A stretch of 64,000 nt of DNA, from positions 2,825-66,824 of the forward strand of contig PUMP01000048.1 in assembly GCA_003551425.1 (NCBI GenBank), written 5' to 3'. The notes beneath the pieces were generated by a model that had not been told where the DNA came from, did not search any database, and worked only from the letters and a program-made list of their open reading frames with translations. The translations under genes were made by a program, and so were the position numbers. Source of the stretch: Candidatus Nealsonbacteria bacterium. Its GTDB lineage: Bacteria; Patescibacteriota; Minisyncoccia; Minisyncoccales; PWPS01. This document shows positions 54,683 through 64,000 of this stretch, piece by piece. Every line of letters begins with the position of its first letter. Position 1 is the stretch's first letter.

Positions 54683-55243
54683 TTGCTTTTTATGTTTAAA
54701 CTAAGAGAAGGAGAAAAAGTTTTACTTATAAGGCAAAGGCACCCTATAATTTTAAAGCTGAAGATCTTTCCTTTCGTTCTTGTTTTTGTTGCCGTGATAT
54801 TGATCGCTCTTGTATTGCCGTTTATTTCCCTTGATGAGCCGGAATGGATGAGTTTAATCTTTGAATATACCGGATCTTTCAATATTCTTTTTTATCTTCT
54901 TTTTACTTCCTTTTTAACACTTTTTCTTTTCTGGCAATGCATCTTTGTTGTTGTGGTAAGTTATTTTTTTGATTGCTGGATAATTACCAACCAACGAACG
55001 ATTCATACGGAATTGCGCGGCCTTTTCAGCCGTTATGTTTCCAGCATATATCATGACCGTATTCAAGATGTAAGCGTTGATGTAAAAGGGATATTGCCAA
55101 CTTATTTAAATTATGGTAATTTGCAGGTGCAAACAGCGGGTAAGTTTCGTGAATTTGTTTTTTACGATATTCCCGATCCTTATAAAGTCAAAACAATATT
55201 AATAGATATTCAACGAAAAGGTCGAATTAAAAATATAAGTTAA
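54683..55243 (+). CDS. bacterial PH-domain (bPH_2/DUF304, YdbS/YdbT-like) membrane protein
   Basis: A TM hairpin is followed by ITNQRTI....G.FSRYVSSI..D.IQDVSV...G.L...LNYGNL.VQTAG. A 66-aa TM ORF at 54499..54699 overlaps its start. Confidence 0.55.
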   Translation: MLFMFKLREGEKVLLIRQRHPIILKLKIFPFVLVFVAVILIALVLPFISLDEPEWMSLIFEYTGSFNILFYLLFTSFLTLFLFWQCIFVVVVSYFFDCWIITNQRTIHTELRGLFSRYVSSIYHDRIQDVSVDVKGILPTYLNYGNLQVQTAGKFREFVFYDIPDPYKVKTILIDIQRKGRIKNIS

Positions 55244-55249
55244 TTTATT

Positions 55250-56026
55250 ATGAACAAAATAATTGTAGGAGTCATAGTGGTTGCCGTTGTTGTTCTTGCC
55301 GGTGTTCTCATTACGGGAATGGAAGCTCCCGAGGTTCCGGATGAAAACGGTGCAGTGGAAGCGGAGATAGTGGCGGAAGAATGGGTGCAAAACAACGCAG
55401 GAACTTTTACTGACAGAGAGGGAGAAGAGCTAGCCCACATCAGCACCAGAGAGATTGAAGAGGACATTTTCGATGTGGAGTTTGAGTTTAGTTCCAGGTT
55501 TTCCGGATACGGAGAACTTGCTGATGACGAAGTAGCCGCGCAAGTAATAACGCCTCATGTAATTGTGGTCAGTGTAGAAGGAGGAGAGGTTGTAGGGGCC
55601 GTTACGGACGAAGTATTTGATGAATACGAAGGAGAAATGATCGATGAAGATGTAGAGGAAAACGATTACGAAACAACAATGGTAGATGTTTATTTTGCCA
55701 TTGTGGAAGACGGTCAAGAAAGATTGACTTCCGTGGAAAGAGAAGTTCTCGTTGAGAACAAAGAAGAGTCCGCTCTCTTGGAGCTGTTAGAGAGACCGGA
55801 AGAGAATGATTACTTTACGGCAATCGCGGAAGGAACAACCCTCAACTCTTTCGTTATTGACGGAGGAGTCGCTTATGCGGATTTTAGCGAGGAACTTGAT
55901 GCTTCCGGAAGCGCAACCGTAACGATGATTCGTGATCAAATTGAAAGCACTCTTTTACAGTTTGATACCATAAATGATGTGGAGATCTCTATTGAAGGAG
56001 AAACGGAAGAAATACTGCAGCCCTAA
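55250..56026 (+). CDS. membrane-anchored acidic protein with C-terminal GerMN-like domain
   Basis: N-terminal TM and an acidic linker. The C-terminus (TLNSFVIDGGVAYADFSEELDASGSATVTMIRDQIESTLLQFDTINDVEISIEG) resembles the GerMN domain. Confidence 0.45.
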   Translation: MNKIIVGVIVVAVVVLAGVLITGMEAPEVPDENGAVEAEIVAEEWVQNNAGTFTDREGEELAHISTREIEEDIFDVEFEFSSRFSGYGELADDEVAAQVITPHVIVVSVEGGEVVGAVTDEVFDEYEGEMIDEDVEENDYETTMVDVYFAIVEDGQERLTSVEREVLVENKEESALLELLERPEENDYFTAIAEGTTLNSFVIDGGVAYADFSEELDASGSATVTMIRDQIESTLLQFDTINDVEISIEGETEEILQP

Positions 56027-56048
56027 ATTCTCAGATAGTTACGTAAAA

Positions 56049-56077
56049 AACGGCGAGAAAGACTCGCCGTTTTTTGT
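56049..56077 (+). terminator. intrinsic terminator
   Basis: CGGCGAGaaagaCTCGCCG followed by TTTTTTG. Confidence 0.65.
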
Positions 56078-56123
56078 ATAAGCATTGTTTTCTGCGGCTC
56101 TATGGGTTATTTTAAAGATAATG

Positions 56124-56981
56124 AGAAAAAATCCGAAAATAGGAGCACATGTTTCCGTTGCGGGAGGAATCGAAAACTCTCCGAAACGTGCTGAAGAAAT
56201 GGGAGCGGAGTGTATGCAAATATTTGCCGGAAGCCCAAGGAGATATGAGGTTTCTATGCCTTCGCAAGAGACAAAGAAGAGCTATAAAGAAGAACTGGAA
56301 AAAAGAAACATATCTCCTGTTTATATACACGCTACTTATCTTTTAAATCTTGCTACAGAGGAGAGCTCAATATACCGGAAATCATTTAAAAGCCTTTTGG
56401 ATACGTTGAATTTCTGTGATGAGATTGACGCAAACGGAGTTATTTATCATCCCGGATCTCCCAAAGGGGGAGACAAGAAAAAAGCGATTAAAAGAGAGAT
56501 TAGAGCGATAAAAGACATAATGAAATTGTTTTGCGGAAAATCCTTTCTTCTTCTGGAAAATACCGCAGGAGAAAAGAAGATAGGAACCACGCCCGATGAG
56601 ATAGGCTATATTTTAGAACAAGTAAACTCGGAGAAAGTAAAGGTTTGTGTCGATACGGCACACTCTTTCCAGTCGGGAAATATTAATAATTTTGATCTTA
56701 AGCAGATAAAAGAGTGGATTGGCCGATGGAAAAAAGAAGTGGGACTGGAGAACATTTTTTTATTTCACATAAACGATTCTCTTACAAAAGGAGGATCGAA
56801 GAACGATAAGCATGCCAATATCGGAGAAGGACATATCGGGAAGTACGGTTTTTTAAACTTAATGAAAGAAGAAATGGTTGCCAATATTCCTTGGATATTG
56901 GAAGTTCCCGGATTTGGCGGAAAAGGGCCCGATAAAAAGAATATAGAAATATTAAAGAGCATTAGAGAAAAAGCGAAGTGA
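56124..56981 (+). CDS. nfo: endonuclease IV (AP endonuclease family 2)
   Basis: IGAHVS.AGG.......A.E.G....QIF...P, HA.YL.NLA, and the metal ligand pattern (H...D...H..D..E). Start moved to the internal Met. Confidence 0.85.
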   Translation, partial: RKNPKIGAHVSVAGGIENSPKRAEEMGAECMQIFAGSPRRYEVSMPSQETKKSYKEELEKRNISPVYIHATYLLNLATEESSIYRKSFKSLLDTLNFCDEIDANGVIYHPGSPKGGDKKKAIKREIRAIKDIMKLFCGKSFLLLENTAGEKKIGTTPDEIGYILEQVNSEKVKVCVDTAHSFQSGNINNFDLKQIKEWIGRWKKEVGLENIFLFHINDSLTKGGSKNDKHANIGEGHIGKYGFLNLMKEEMVANIPWILEVPGFGGKGPDKKNIEILKSIREKAK

Positions 56982-57042
56982 CTTGCTCTTTTAATATATT
57001 AGATGTTACAATAAATAAAGTATTAATTTTAAATTTAATTAT

Positions 57043-57477
57043 ATGAAAAAAGTAGTGGTTGGAGGCACATTTGATTTATTACACAAAGGACATAAAGAAC
57101 TCCTTAAAAAGGCATCATCGCTGGGGAAGTTAAAGGTCGGGCTTTCTTCTGACCGAATGGCAAAAGAGTTTAAGGGGAGAGAAGTGGAGGAGTTTGAAGT
57201 ACGTATGAATAATATTCGTTATTTTTTGAATGAAGCGGAAGTAGAAGAGATTAACGATCCTTTTGGTTTTGCAGTCGAAGAAGACTTTGATTATATAGTT
57301 GTTTCTTCCGAAACGCGTAAACGTGCGGAGGAGATAAATAAAAAGCGAAGTGATGAGGGAAGAAAAGAAATGGATATTGTAGAAATCGATTTTGTCCTTG
57401 CAGAGGATGGAAACCCTATATCTTCTACCAGAATAAGGAATGGTGTGATAGATAAAGAAGGTAATCTTCTTCAATAA
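57043..57477 (+). CDS. cytidylyltransferase-like nucleotidyltransferase (archaeal-type phosphopantetheine adenylyltransferase-like)
   Basis: VVVGGTFDLLHKGH (the HxGH nucleotidyltransferase motif) at the N-terminus; SSTRIR near the C-terminus. Confidence 0.55.
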   Translation: MKKVVVGGTFDLLHKGHKELLKKASSLGKLKVGLSSDRMAKEFKGREVEEFEVRMNNIRYFLNEAEVEEINDPFGFAVEEDFDYIVVSSETRKRAEEINKKRSDEGRKEMDIVEIDFVLAEDGNPISSTRIRNGVIDKEGNLLQ

Positions 57478-57480
57478 AAA

Positions 57481-57807
57481 ATGAAGGGATTTATGGATTT
57501 TTATGAGGTTTTGTCCGTAATAGCAGAAGCTGCCCGTCAAAAAGAAATAGCAGAGATATATTATCCGAAAACAGAGAATACTCCCGAAGGATGGAGAGAG
57601 ATTGAGCCGTATAGCCTCACAACAGACATACCTCCGGATGGAGAGCATCTTATTTACGGAAAAGATCGCTTAAGTCCGGGACATATTCTAAACGCAAAAA
57701 TTCCGGGTATAGAGGAGCCCCGGTCTTTTATAATAGGAAAGATTAAACTTGCGAGAAGAACTTATCGTAAATTTACGCCTCCCAAAGACTGGAAAGTAGA
57801 ATTTTAA
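57481..57807 (+). CDS. hypothetical protein
   Basis: 108-aa ORF in the same operon-like string; no motif recognised. Confidence 0.4.
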   Translation: MKGFMDFYEVLSVIAEAARQKEIAEIYYPKTENTPEGWREIEPYSLTTDIPPDGEHLIYGKDRLSPGHILNAKIPGIEEPRSFIIGKIKLARRTYRKFTPPKDWKVEF

Positions 57808-57808
57808 T

Positions 57809-58486
57809 ATGGATGAGTATATTGAAGAAATAGAAGAAGAGATAGAAGAAGAGAGTTTTTTTAAGTCTTTTCCCGTCAAGGTTTTCTTTGTTGCTTTACT
57901 GATTATTTCTCTTATTTATATCTCAGGAATAAGGGAGTATTTATTTTATCAAAGGACACCGACAAGCACGAAGCTTCAAGCCCCGGAACCTCTTTTTAAG
58001 GCGGAAGAGATAATTGTTCCTGTTTCTGTTTTTGTGGTAAAAGAAGGCCCTTTTCGCTCTGAAAGAAGCAAAGAAGAGACAGAACATATTTTAAGTAACG
58101 GATTTCGCGTTTTTGTTCAAGCCAATATTGACTTTGAAGTTGTTGAATATTCTGCAATCTCTGCGGAAAGCTACAATTTTCTTTCTGATCACAGGAGTTT
58201 TCTTTCCGAAGTGGAAAAGTATGACCCGGATACGATAAATATTTTTTTGGTAGGGCATTTAAAAGGAATTAACGGCATTGCTTTTCCCGGGCTGAGCTCT
58301 CTTGCTGTGGCAGACTACGTTACTTCTCGAGATTATCGCATTCTTGCACATGAGATTGGCCATATTTTGGGTCTAGGACATAGCAGTGATCCTTTTTCCG
58401 TTATGTATCAAGGATCATACGGCGTGAACCTCTCCATGGAAAAAGCGATAAAAGCCAGAGAAAAAGCAAAGAAGTATGAACTTTAA
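57809..58486 (+). CDS. membrane-anchored zinc metalloprotease (metzincin, HExxHxxGxxH)
   Basis: AHEIGHILGLGHSSD zincin motif, a conserved Met-turn candidate (SVMY), and an N-terminal TM. Confidence 0.7.
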   Translation: MDEYIEEIEEEIEEESFFKSFPVKVFFVALLIISLIYISGIREYLFYQRTPTSTKLQAPEPLFKAEEIIVPVSVFVVKEGPFRSERSKEETEHILSNGFRVFVQANIDFEVVEYSAISAESYNFLSDHRSFLSEVEKYDPDTINIFLVGHLKGINGIAFPGLSSLAVADYVTSRDYRILAHEIGHILGLGHSSDPFSVMYQGSYGVNLSMEKAIKAREKAKKYEL

Positions 58487-61400
58487 AGAAAGATATAAAA
58501 AATTAAATAAAGAACAGCTCTCAGCGGTCGAGCATATCGAAGGCCCTTTGCTTGTAGTTGCCGGTCCCGGCTCCGGGAAAACGGAACTTTTGGGAGTAAG
58601 GGCGGCGAATATATTAAATAAAACGGACACTTCGCCAAGAAATATTCTTAATTTGACCTTTACTGACGCGGCATCTTTAAATATGAGAGAAAGGTTGATC
58701 GAGCTTATAGGAGAAGACGCTTATCGAATTCCTATAAACACGTTTCATAGTTTTTGTTTGGACATAATTGAAAGTTATCCGGAACATTTTTATAAGGGAG
58801 CTGAATTTAATCTTGCTGATGAAGTTACCAAAACCAGAATACTGGAAGATATTTTAAAAGATCTTGACAGTGATCCTTTGGCCGCAGTTCATCCCGAAAT
58901 GGGGTATGTTTATTTGGGGAGTATAAAAAATATTATTTCATTCTTGAAAGAAGAGGGCCTTCGTCCCAATGAGTTTAAGGAGATATTGGAAAAGAACAAG
59001 GAAGACCTTGAAAAGATCAATAATCTTATTGGAAAAGTCTTCGATGAACGGGTAAGTCCGGAAATGTTCTCTAAAATTGAGGCTCTTATTCCCGAACTGG
59101 AGAAAATAAGAGAGGAGTCTCTAATGATGCACTTTTATTCTCTTTCCTTTATAGTATCCAGATCACTAAAAAAAGTCATTGCTTCCGGAGACACAAGAAA
59201 ACTTTCCGAGTGGAAGCAAAAATGGACTAAAAAAGAGAAAGGGAAGCGCCTCTTTAAAGATAGTTTTTATTTAGAAAAGTCGGAAAGCATAGCCAATGTT
59301 TATGAAAAATATTTAGAAAGAATGTACAAAGAAGGTTATTATGATTTTTCCGACATGATTCTTGATGTGATAGAGGCTCTGCAAAAAAATAATGCAATGA
59401 GATATGACTTGCAAGAGAAATATCTCTACATTCAAGTTGATGAGTTTCAAGATACAAGTGGAGTGCAGATGCGCCTTTTAGACTTAATTACGAAAGACGA
59501 AGTTCACGGAAAGCCGAATATATGTGTTGTAGGAGACGATGATCAAACTATTTATCGCTTTCAAGGAGCAGAAATTTCCAATGTTTTAAATTTTAAAAAA
59601 AGATACAAGGATGCAAAAGTGATTACACTCGTTGAAAGTTACCGCTCAACGCAAGATATATTGGATGTAGCAAGAAACATTATTTTAAAAGGAGAAGAGA
59701 GATTGGAAGGAATGTTTCCTGATATAAGGAAGGACCTTATATCCAAACAAAAAGGCAAAAAGGGACAAATAACGGGAAAGGCTTTTAGAACGAAAGAAGA
59801 AGAGTTTTCTTATGTTGCAGGGGAGGTCAAGCAAAAAATAAAAGAAGGAATAAAGCCCGAGGAAATCGCCGTAGTGGCGAGAACGCATAATACTCTAAAA
59901 GAGATCTCTCCCTACTTTAAAGCGCTTCAAGTTCCCGTTTCCACGGAAAGAAGAGAAAACGTCTTAGAGAAAAAACACGTAAAAGAGGTGATAGGGGTTA
60001 TAAGATTTTCTAGTCTTTTGCTTGAAGGAAACAGCAAAAAAGCGGAAGAGCTTTTACCGGATATTCTTAGTTATTCTTTTTGGGGCATAAAGAGAGAAAA
60101 AATTTGGGAAGTTGCAGTTAAAAGTTACGATGAAAGAAAATCTTGGATGGAGTGTATAAGAGAGGACAAAGAGCTTAAAAAAATAGGAGACTTTTTACTT
60201 GATCTCTCTCTTCGAGCGAGAAATGCTCCGGCGGAAGAAATAATCGATATCGTTACGGGAAGCAAGAAAGGGACAATGAAGAGTCCTTTTAAAGATTTTT
60301 ATTTTGGAAAGAATACTTTTAAAGAAAAGAAGGGGGAATATTTAAATTTTTTATCTTCCTTGAAAAGATTTATAAAAGCCGTAAGAGAGCACGAAAACGG
60401 AAAGATGATCAAAGTGAAAGAATTATTGGATTTTGTGGATCTTCATGAAAACAACAATATACCTATTTTAGACAAGAGCCCACTTGTTGCGGAAAAAGAC
60501 ACCGTTTCTTTGGCTACCGCTCATAGTGTAAAGGGAAAAGAGTTTGATGCGGTCTTTGTCTTAAATTGCCAAGAAGAGGTATGGGGGAAACAAAGAAGGT
60601 ATGAGAAGATGATACTTCCCTCGAATCTTCCGCTACAAAGAGCTGCGGAAGATCGTGATGACCAGTTGCGACTCTTTTATGTGACTTTTACCAGAGCAAA
60701 GAGGTTTCTTTACTTTACTTTGTATAAGGAAAAAGAAGACGGCAAGGGTTTTACGCCGCTTGAATTTATAGAAGGCATAGGATTTAATGAGGAAGAATGC
60801 GAGGTGGACAAAGAGGCGATATCTTCTTTTAGCGAGACTCTTTCTCCCATTTCTTTTTTAAAGAATGAAGAAAAATTGCTTCTTCCGTTGGTGAAGGATT
60901 ATAAGCTTAGTGCAACCGGATTTACCAAGTTTTTAAATATTGTTGAAGAGGGCCCTCAAAGCTTTATAGAAGACTCTTTACTTCGTTTCCCCAAAAAGAA
61001 GACCTTATCTCTTTCTTACGGTACCGCCGTCCATAACAGCATCAAGGATCTTTATATAAAACTAAAAAACGAAGGAAGATTGATAAAGAAAAAGGAGTTC
61101 CTGGATTCTTTTGTCAGTTTTTTAAAGAAAGAACGTATTTCTGAGAAAGACTTTCAGAAAATAGAAAAAAGGGGAAGAGAAGCTTTGTCCCTTTTTTACG
61201 CCAAAAGAAAAAATAGCTTTTCTTTAGAGCATGAAATAGAAAGAAACTTTAAAAATCAAGGATGTCAAATTGAGGGAATTGACATTACGGGGCAGATAGA
61301 TAAGATTATCAAGGAGGGAGATAAAATAGAAGTAATTGATTTTAAAACAGGGATTCCTCTTAAAAAATGGAATGAAAAAGGAAAATATAACGAGATAAAG

Positions 61401-61691
61401 TCCTGGAAATACAGGTATCAGCTTGTTTTTTATAAACTGCTTATTGAAACTTCGCGAGATTTTGAGGGTTATGATGTCTCTTCCGGTACATTGGAATTTG
61501 TGGAGCCTTCCGAAGACAAAGAGATCATTACACTTAGCCTGGAGATCGAGAAAAAAGAAACGGAGAGAGTAATCTCTCTTATAAAAGAAGTAGGGGAGAG
61601 AATTAAAAACTTGGATTTTCCGGACCTAAAGGTCAATAAATTCAAAGAAATTAGGGAGTTTGAAGAAAATTTATTAAATAAAAAAATATGA
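58476..61691 (+). CDS. UvrD/PcrA-type SF1 helicase with C-terminal RecB-family (PD-(D/E)XK) nuclease domain (AddA-like)
   Basis: LNKEQL.AV....GPLLVVAGPGSGKT (UvrD motifs I-VI). The C-terminal region (GQIDKI..EGDKIEVIDFKTG...Y..QL.FY) is the RecB nuclease motif. Confidence 0.75.
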   Translation: MNFKERYKKLNKEQLSAVEHIEGPLLVVAGPGSGKTELLGVRAANILNKTDTSPRNILNLTFTDAASLNMRERLIELIGEDAYRIPINTFHSFCLDIIESYPEHFYKGAEFNLADEVTKTRILEDILKDLDSDPLAAVHPEMGYVYLGSIKNIISFLKEEGLRPNEFKEILEKNKEDLEKINNLIGKVFDERVSPEMFSKIEALIPELEKIREESLMMHFYSLSFIVSRSLKKVIASGDTRKLSEWKQKWTKKEKGKRLFKDSFYLEKSESIANVYEKYLERMYKEGYYDFSDMILDVIEALQKNNAMRYDLQEKYLYIQVDEFQDTSGVQMRLLDLITKDEVHGKPNICVVGDDDQTIYRFQGAEISNVLNFKKRYKDAKVITLVESYRSTQDILDVARNIILKGEERLEGMFPDIRKDLISKQKGKKGQITGKAFRTKEEEFSYVAGEVKQKIKEGIKPEEIAVVARTHNTLKEISPYFKALQVPVSTERRENVLEKKHVKEVIGVIRFSSLLLEGNSKKAEELLPDILSYSFWGIKREKIWEVAVKSYDERKSWMECIREDKELKKIGDFLLDLSLRARNAPAEEIIDIVTGSKKGTMKSPFKDFYFGKNTFKEKKGEYLNFLSSLKRFIKAVREHENGKMIKVKELLDFVDLHENNNIPILDKSPLVAEKDTVSLATAHSVKGKEFDAVFVLNCQEEVWGKQRRYEKMILPSNLPLQRAAEDRDDQLRLFYVTFTRAKRFLYFTLYKEKEDGKGFTPLEFIEGIGFNEEECEVDKEAISSFSETLSPISFLKNEEKLLLPLVKDYKLSATGFTKFLNIVEEGPQSFIEDSLLRFPKKKTLSLSYGTAVHNSIKDLYIKLKNEGRLIKKKEFLDSFVSFLKKERISEKDFQKIEKRGREALSLFYAKRKNSFSLEHEIERNFKNQGCQIEGIDITGQIDKIIKEGDKIEVIDFKTGIPLKKWNEKGKYNEIKSWKYRYQLVFYKLLIETSRDFEGYDVSSGTLEFVEPSEDKEIITLSLEIEKKETERVISLIKEVGERIKNLDFPDLKVNKFKEIREFEENLLNKKI

Positions 61692-62158
61692 AAATAAAAT
61701 TAAATTACATCGTAATTCCGCTTTTTACAATTGCAGTTTCTACTCTTGGCGGATACTTCACTTCACAAGGAGTAGGTGATTGGTACAAAGAATTAATCAA
61801 GCCGGAGTGGACTCCCGACGGCAGTGTTATTGGAATTATCTGGACTCTTCTTTATATCTTGGTTACCGCGATAGTTCTTGTTTACTGGAATAAATACCGT
61901 AATGAAAAAAATTTCAACATTGTTATCGGTCTTTTTATCGTTAACGCAATTTTGAACGCCACTTGGTCTTTTACTTTTTTTACCTTAAATTATATTGCTC
62001 TTGCTTTAGCGCATATTGTTCTTTTGAACTTAACCACTCTTGTTCTCATTATTCTTCTTTGGCCAACTTCTAGACTATTGTCCTTAGGGCTTCTTCCTTA
62101 TATAGCATGGGTGACTATAGCGGGAACTCTTAATTATTTTATTTGGATTCTTAATTAA
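61688..62158 (+). CDS. tspO: TspO/MBR tryptophan-rich sensory protein
   Basis: 156 aa, 5 TM helices, W-rich (GDWYKELIKPEWTP, IWTLLY, NATWSFTFF). Confidence 0.8.
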   Translation: MKIKLNYIVIPLFTIAVSTLGGYFTSQGVGDWYKELIKPEWTPDGSVIGIIWTLLYILVTAIVLVYWNKYRNEKNFNIVIGLFIVNAILNATWSFTFFTLNYIALALAHIVLLNLTTLVLIILLWPTSRLLSLGLLPYIAWVTIAGTLNYFIWILN

Positions 62159-62160
62159 TA

Positions 62161-62190
62161 AAAAAAGTTTCGCTGTCTTTAGCGAAACCA
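62161..62190 (-). terminator. intrinsic terminator of the minus-strand gene 62191..62499 (hairpin shared with tspO 3' end)
   Basis: GTTTCGCTgtctttAGCGAAAC with a T-run on the minus strand (AAAAAAA on plus). Confidence 0.55.
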
Positions 62191-62499
62191 TTAAAGGTCG
62201 GGAAAGTGCTTCTTGAGCAGTTTTCTGAGGGTTTTCTTTTTTTTGGAGCCCCAGACCCACTCTTCGTCTCTTTCAATATAATACTTGTTATATCTCGCCC
62301 TTACAACTATACCGGCCAAAGCAACAACTACTCGCACTGGTTCTTTTCCAATCTCTTCATTTTGAAGAAGATTTTGTATTTCTTTTTTTACGAGCTGCGC
62401 TTCAATGGAAGTTACTGGCCAATATCTTTCTACGTATTCCCTGAAAGCTTCATCGTAACTTTCTTTCCCGTTTTCCTTTTTGAAAAGATCTACTATCAT
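62191..62499 (-). CDS. hypothetical protein
   Basis: 102-aa ORF; no motif recognised. Confidence 0.4.
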   Translation of the reverse strand: MIVDLFKKENGKESYDEAFREYVERYWPVTSIEAQLVKKEIQNLLQNEEIGKEPVRVVVALAGIVVRARYNKYYIERDEEWVWGSKKKKTLRKLLKKHFPDL

Positions 62500-62552
62500 T
62501 TTATCCCTCCCAACGGAATTGTAAGAAAAAAATAAAAAAAAGCAACACTCCT

Positions 62553-63272
62553 TTATTTAATCGTTGTTCCAATATCCTCTCCAAGAATAGCTTTTTTTAG
62601 ATTTCCTTTTTTATAAATATTGAAAACGATGACACAAACTTTATTGGTGCGACAAAGATCTATTGCGGAGTTATCCATTATCCCAATATCATCGCTTTTA
62701 AACGCTTTATCCAGTGTTAATGTTTTATATTTTTTAGCGTTTGAATTTTTGCTTGGATCTTCCGAGTAGACTCCGTCTACGGAGGTAGCTTTTAATATAG
62801 CTTCACAATTTAGTTCCAGGCCCCTCATAGCGGCCGTGGTATCGGTGGTAATAAACGGCAGACCGGTTCCTCCTCCGCATATTACGACCCTTCCTTTTTC
62901 CAAGTGCCTTATAGCTCTTTTTCTTATAAAAGGCTCCGCTATTTCTTTTATTTCAAAAGCGGTTTGTAGGCGTGTGGTTACGCCCTTTCTTTCCAGTGCA
63001 TCTTGCAGGGCCATTCCGTTAAAAATAGTGGCAAGCATACCCATATAATCGGCCGTTGTCCTGTCAATTCCTTGCTTGCTTCCCGCAACTCCTCGAAAAA
63101 TATTTCCTCCCCCTATAACAATAACAACCTCCGTTCCTATTTTACTTATTTCTTTTATTTCTTCGGCCAGATAAAAAATAAAATCGGGATCTATCCCGAA
63201 ATTTTTTTCTCCCATCATTGATTCGCCGGAAAGCTTTAAAATAACCCTTTTGTACTTTAGTGTTTTTCCCAT
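62553..63272 (-). CDS. pyrH: UMP kinase
   Basis: RV.LKLSGE, GGGN.FRG, and the amino-acid kinase fold. Confidence 0.9.
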   Translation of the reverse strand: MGKTLKYKRVILKLSGESMMGEKNFGIDPDFIFYLAEEIKEISKIGTEVVIVIGGGNIFRGVAGSKQGIDRTTADYMGMLATIFNGMALQDALERKGVTTRLQTAFEIKEIAEPFIRKRAIRHLEKGRVVICGGGTGLPFITTDTTAAMRGLELNCEAILKATSVDGVYSEDPSKNSNAKKYKTLTLDKAFKSDDIGIMDNSAIDLCRTNKVCVIVFNIYKKGNLKKAILGEDIGTTIK

Positions 63273-63344
63273 TGCAAATAGTATAATGATTTTTTAAAAA
63301 ATGTAAATATTGATATTTATTGGCTAAGAATATATAATCCCCAA

Positions 63345-63670
63345 ATGGAGTTTAAAGATTACGAGAAACAATCAAAAAAGACGGCGATTTATCCAAAGGA
63401 TAAAAAATACACTTATCTCTTTTGAGGACTTGCATCGGAAGCCGGGGAGGTTGCAAGTAAGTTTAAAAAGGTCATACGCGATAAAGATGGGAAAATAGAC
63501 GAAAAGGCGAAAAGAGACATTGAAAAGGAGCTGGGTGATGTTTTGTGGTATGTCTCGCAGCTTAGCAGGGAGCTTGATATAACATTGGAAAGAGTTGCTA
63601 AAACTAATTTAGAAAAACTTATGTCAAGAGAAGAGAGAGAAAAACTTTCCGGAGACGGAGATGATCGTTG
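63345..63670 (+). pseudogene. second MazG-like NTP pyrophosphohydrolase interrupted by an in-frame TGA (63423-63425)
   Basis: MEFKDYEKQSKK..YLF*GLASEAGEVASKFKK...ELGDVLWYVSQLSRELDI.LE.V is a MazG/YpjD-like all-alpha core. The stop falls in the conserved L.L.GE.GE helix. Confidence 0.45.
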
Positions 63671-63672
63671 AT

Positions 63673-64000
63673 ATGAGCAGTTTACTGAAAGACATAAAAA
63701 AACAGATCAAGGCAGAGTGCAAGAGAAGTGGTGTGAGAAAAGATATTATGAAAAGAATTCTTTGCGTGGATCGTTTACTTGAATTTACGATTTTTTTGAA
63801 AGGAAATATTTTTAAAGCTTACCGCTCTCAACATAATAATGTTTTGGGACCCTATAAAGGAGGGGTCCGTTTTTGTAAAGATGTTGCGCGTGATGAAGTA
63901 AAGGCTCTTTCCATGATGATGACCTTAAAATGTGCTCTTTTGAACATTCCTTTCGGAGGGGCAAAAGGTGGTGTTGCTGTTAACCCTGAAAAACTTTCTT
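63673..64000 (+). CDS. gdh: Glu/Leu/Phe/Val-type glutamate dehydrogenase (5' part, continues beyond window)
   Basis: RSQHNNVLGPYKGGVRF and K.ALSMMMT.KCALLNIPFGGAKGG are the GDH N-domain signature. Confidence 0.8.
   Translation, partial: MSSLLKDIKKQIKAECKRSGVRKDIMKRILCVDRLLEFTIFLKGNIFKAYRSQHNNVLGPYKGGVRFCKDVARDEVKALSMMMTLKCALLNIPFGGAKGGVAVNPEKLS

Noticed and set aside
52069-61691. Gabija-like pairing of the OLD-family ATPase–Toprim protein with the UvrD-like helicase
   Set aside because: The helicase at 58476..61691 is >5 kb away on the other strand, separated by housekeeping genes. It has a RecB nuclease domain, which makes it AddA-like rather than GajB-like.

Overview
The window is low-GC, gene-dense bacterial DNA that reads as genetic code 11. 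TGA terminates ddl, rarA and acyP, so it is a stop codon here. Gene content resembles a reduced-genome Patescibacteria/CPR-like organism, with short genes, many membrane-anchored acidic proteins and several degenerate 'pseudo-enzymes'.

Housekeeping genes recognised from motifs:
- Cell wall and division: a truncated dcw cluster (mraZ with its GTGG-repeat operator, rsmH, ftsL-like, ftsI, a degenerate Mur-ligase-like remnant, tRNA-Glu), ddl, and mltG interrupted by an in-frame TAA.
- Translation and tRNA charging: rplJ-rplL with a putative L10 leader, rplU, def, glyQS with a T-box-like leader, cysS, and three tRNAs (Val-CAC, Glu-CUC, Gln-UUG).
- Replication and repair: hup, rarA, rmuC, recR, dnaB, dnaX, nfo and an AddA-like helicase-nuclease.
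- Other metabolism and stress: pcm, DJ-1/PfpI, Hsp20, acyP, pyrH, gdh (partial), maf, sodA-like, inositol monophosphatase, tspO, thrH-like, a UMPH-1-type 5'-nucleotidase, YjbQ, PCD, and a flavodoxin-family protein.
- Membrane transport and redox: a ZIP zinc transporter, three CaCA-type exchanger paralogs, a cation/H+ antiporter fused to a methyltransferase-like domain, and a thioredoxin-like/CcdA pair.

The most striking region runs from tRNA-Gln to the inositol monophosphatase gene (about 46.1–53.3 kb). It packs a probable modification-dependent nuclease (MrcB_N + DUF91), a DUF2726 nuclease-fold protein, a zinc-ribbon membrane protein, maf, a MazG-like NTP pyrophosphohydrolase immediately upstream of a DUF2075 nuclease–helicase, an Fe/Mn SOD, and a convergent OLD-family ATPase–Toprim nuclease. 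I read this as a composite anti-phage defence island. Its MazG–DUF2075 pair is a candidate two-gene system that I do not recognise as a described one.

Other oddities: a decayed second copy of maf at 9.2 kb, a second MazG-like gene broken by an in-frame TGA at the window end, a ClpB-like ATPase with a dead D1 P-loop, a PP2C-like pseudophosphatase, and paralogous acidic repeat proteins built on 18-bp tandem repeats followed by poly-Glu tails.
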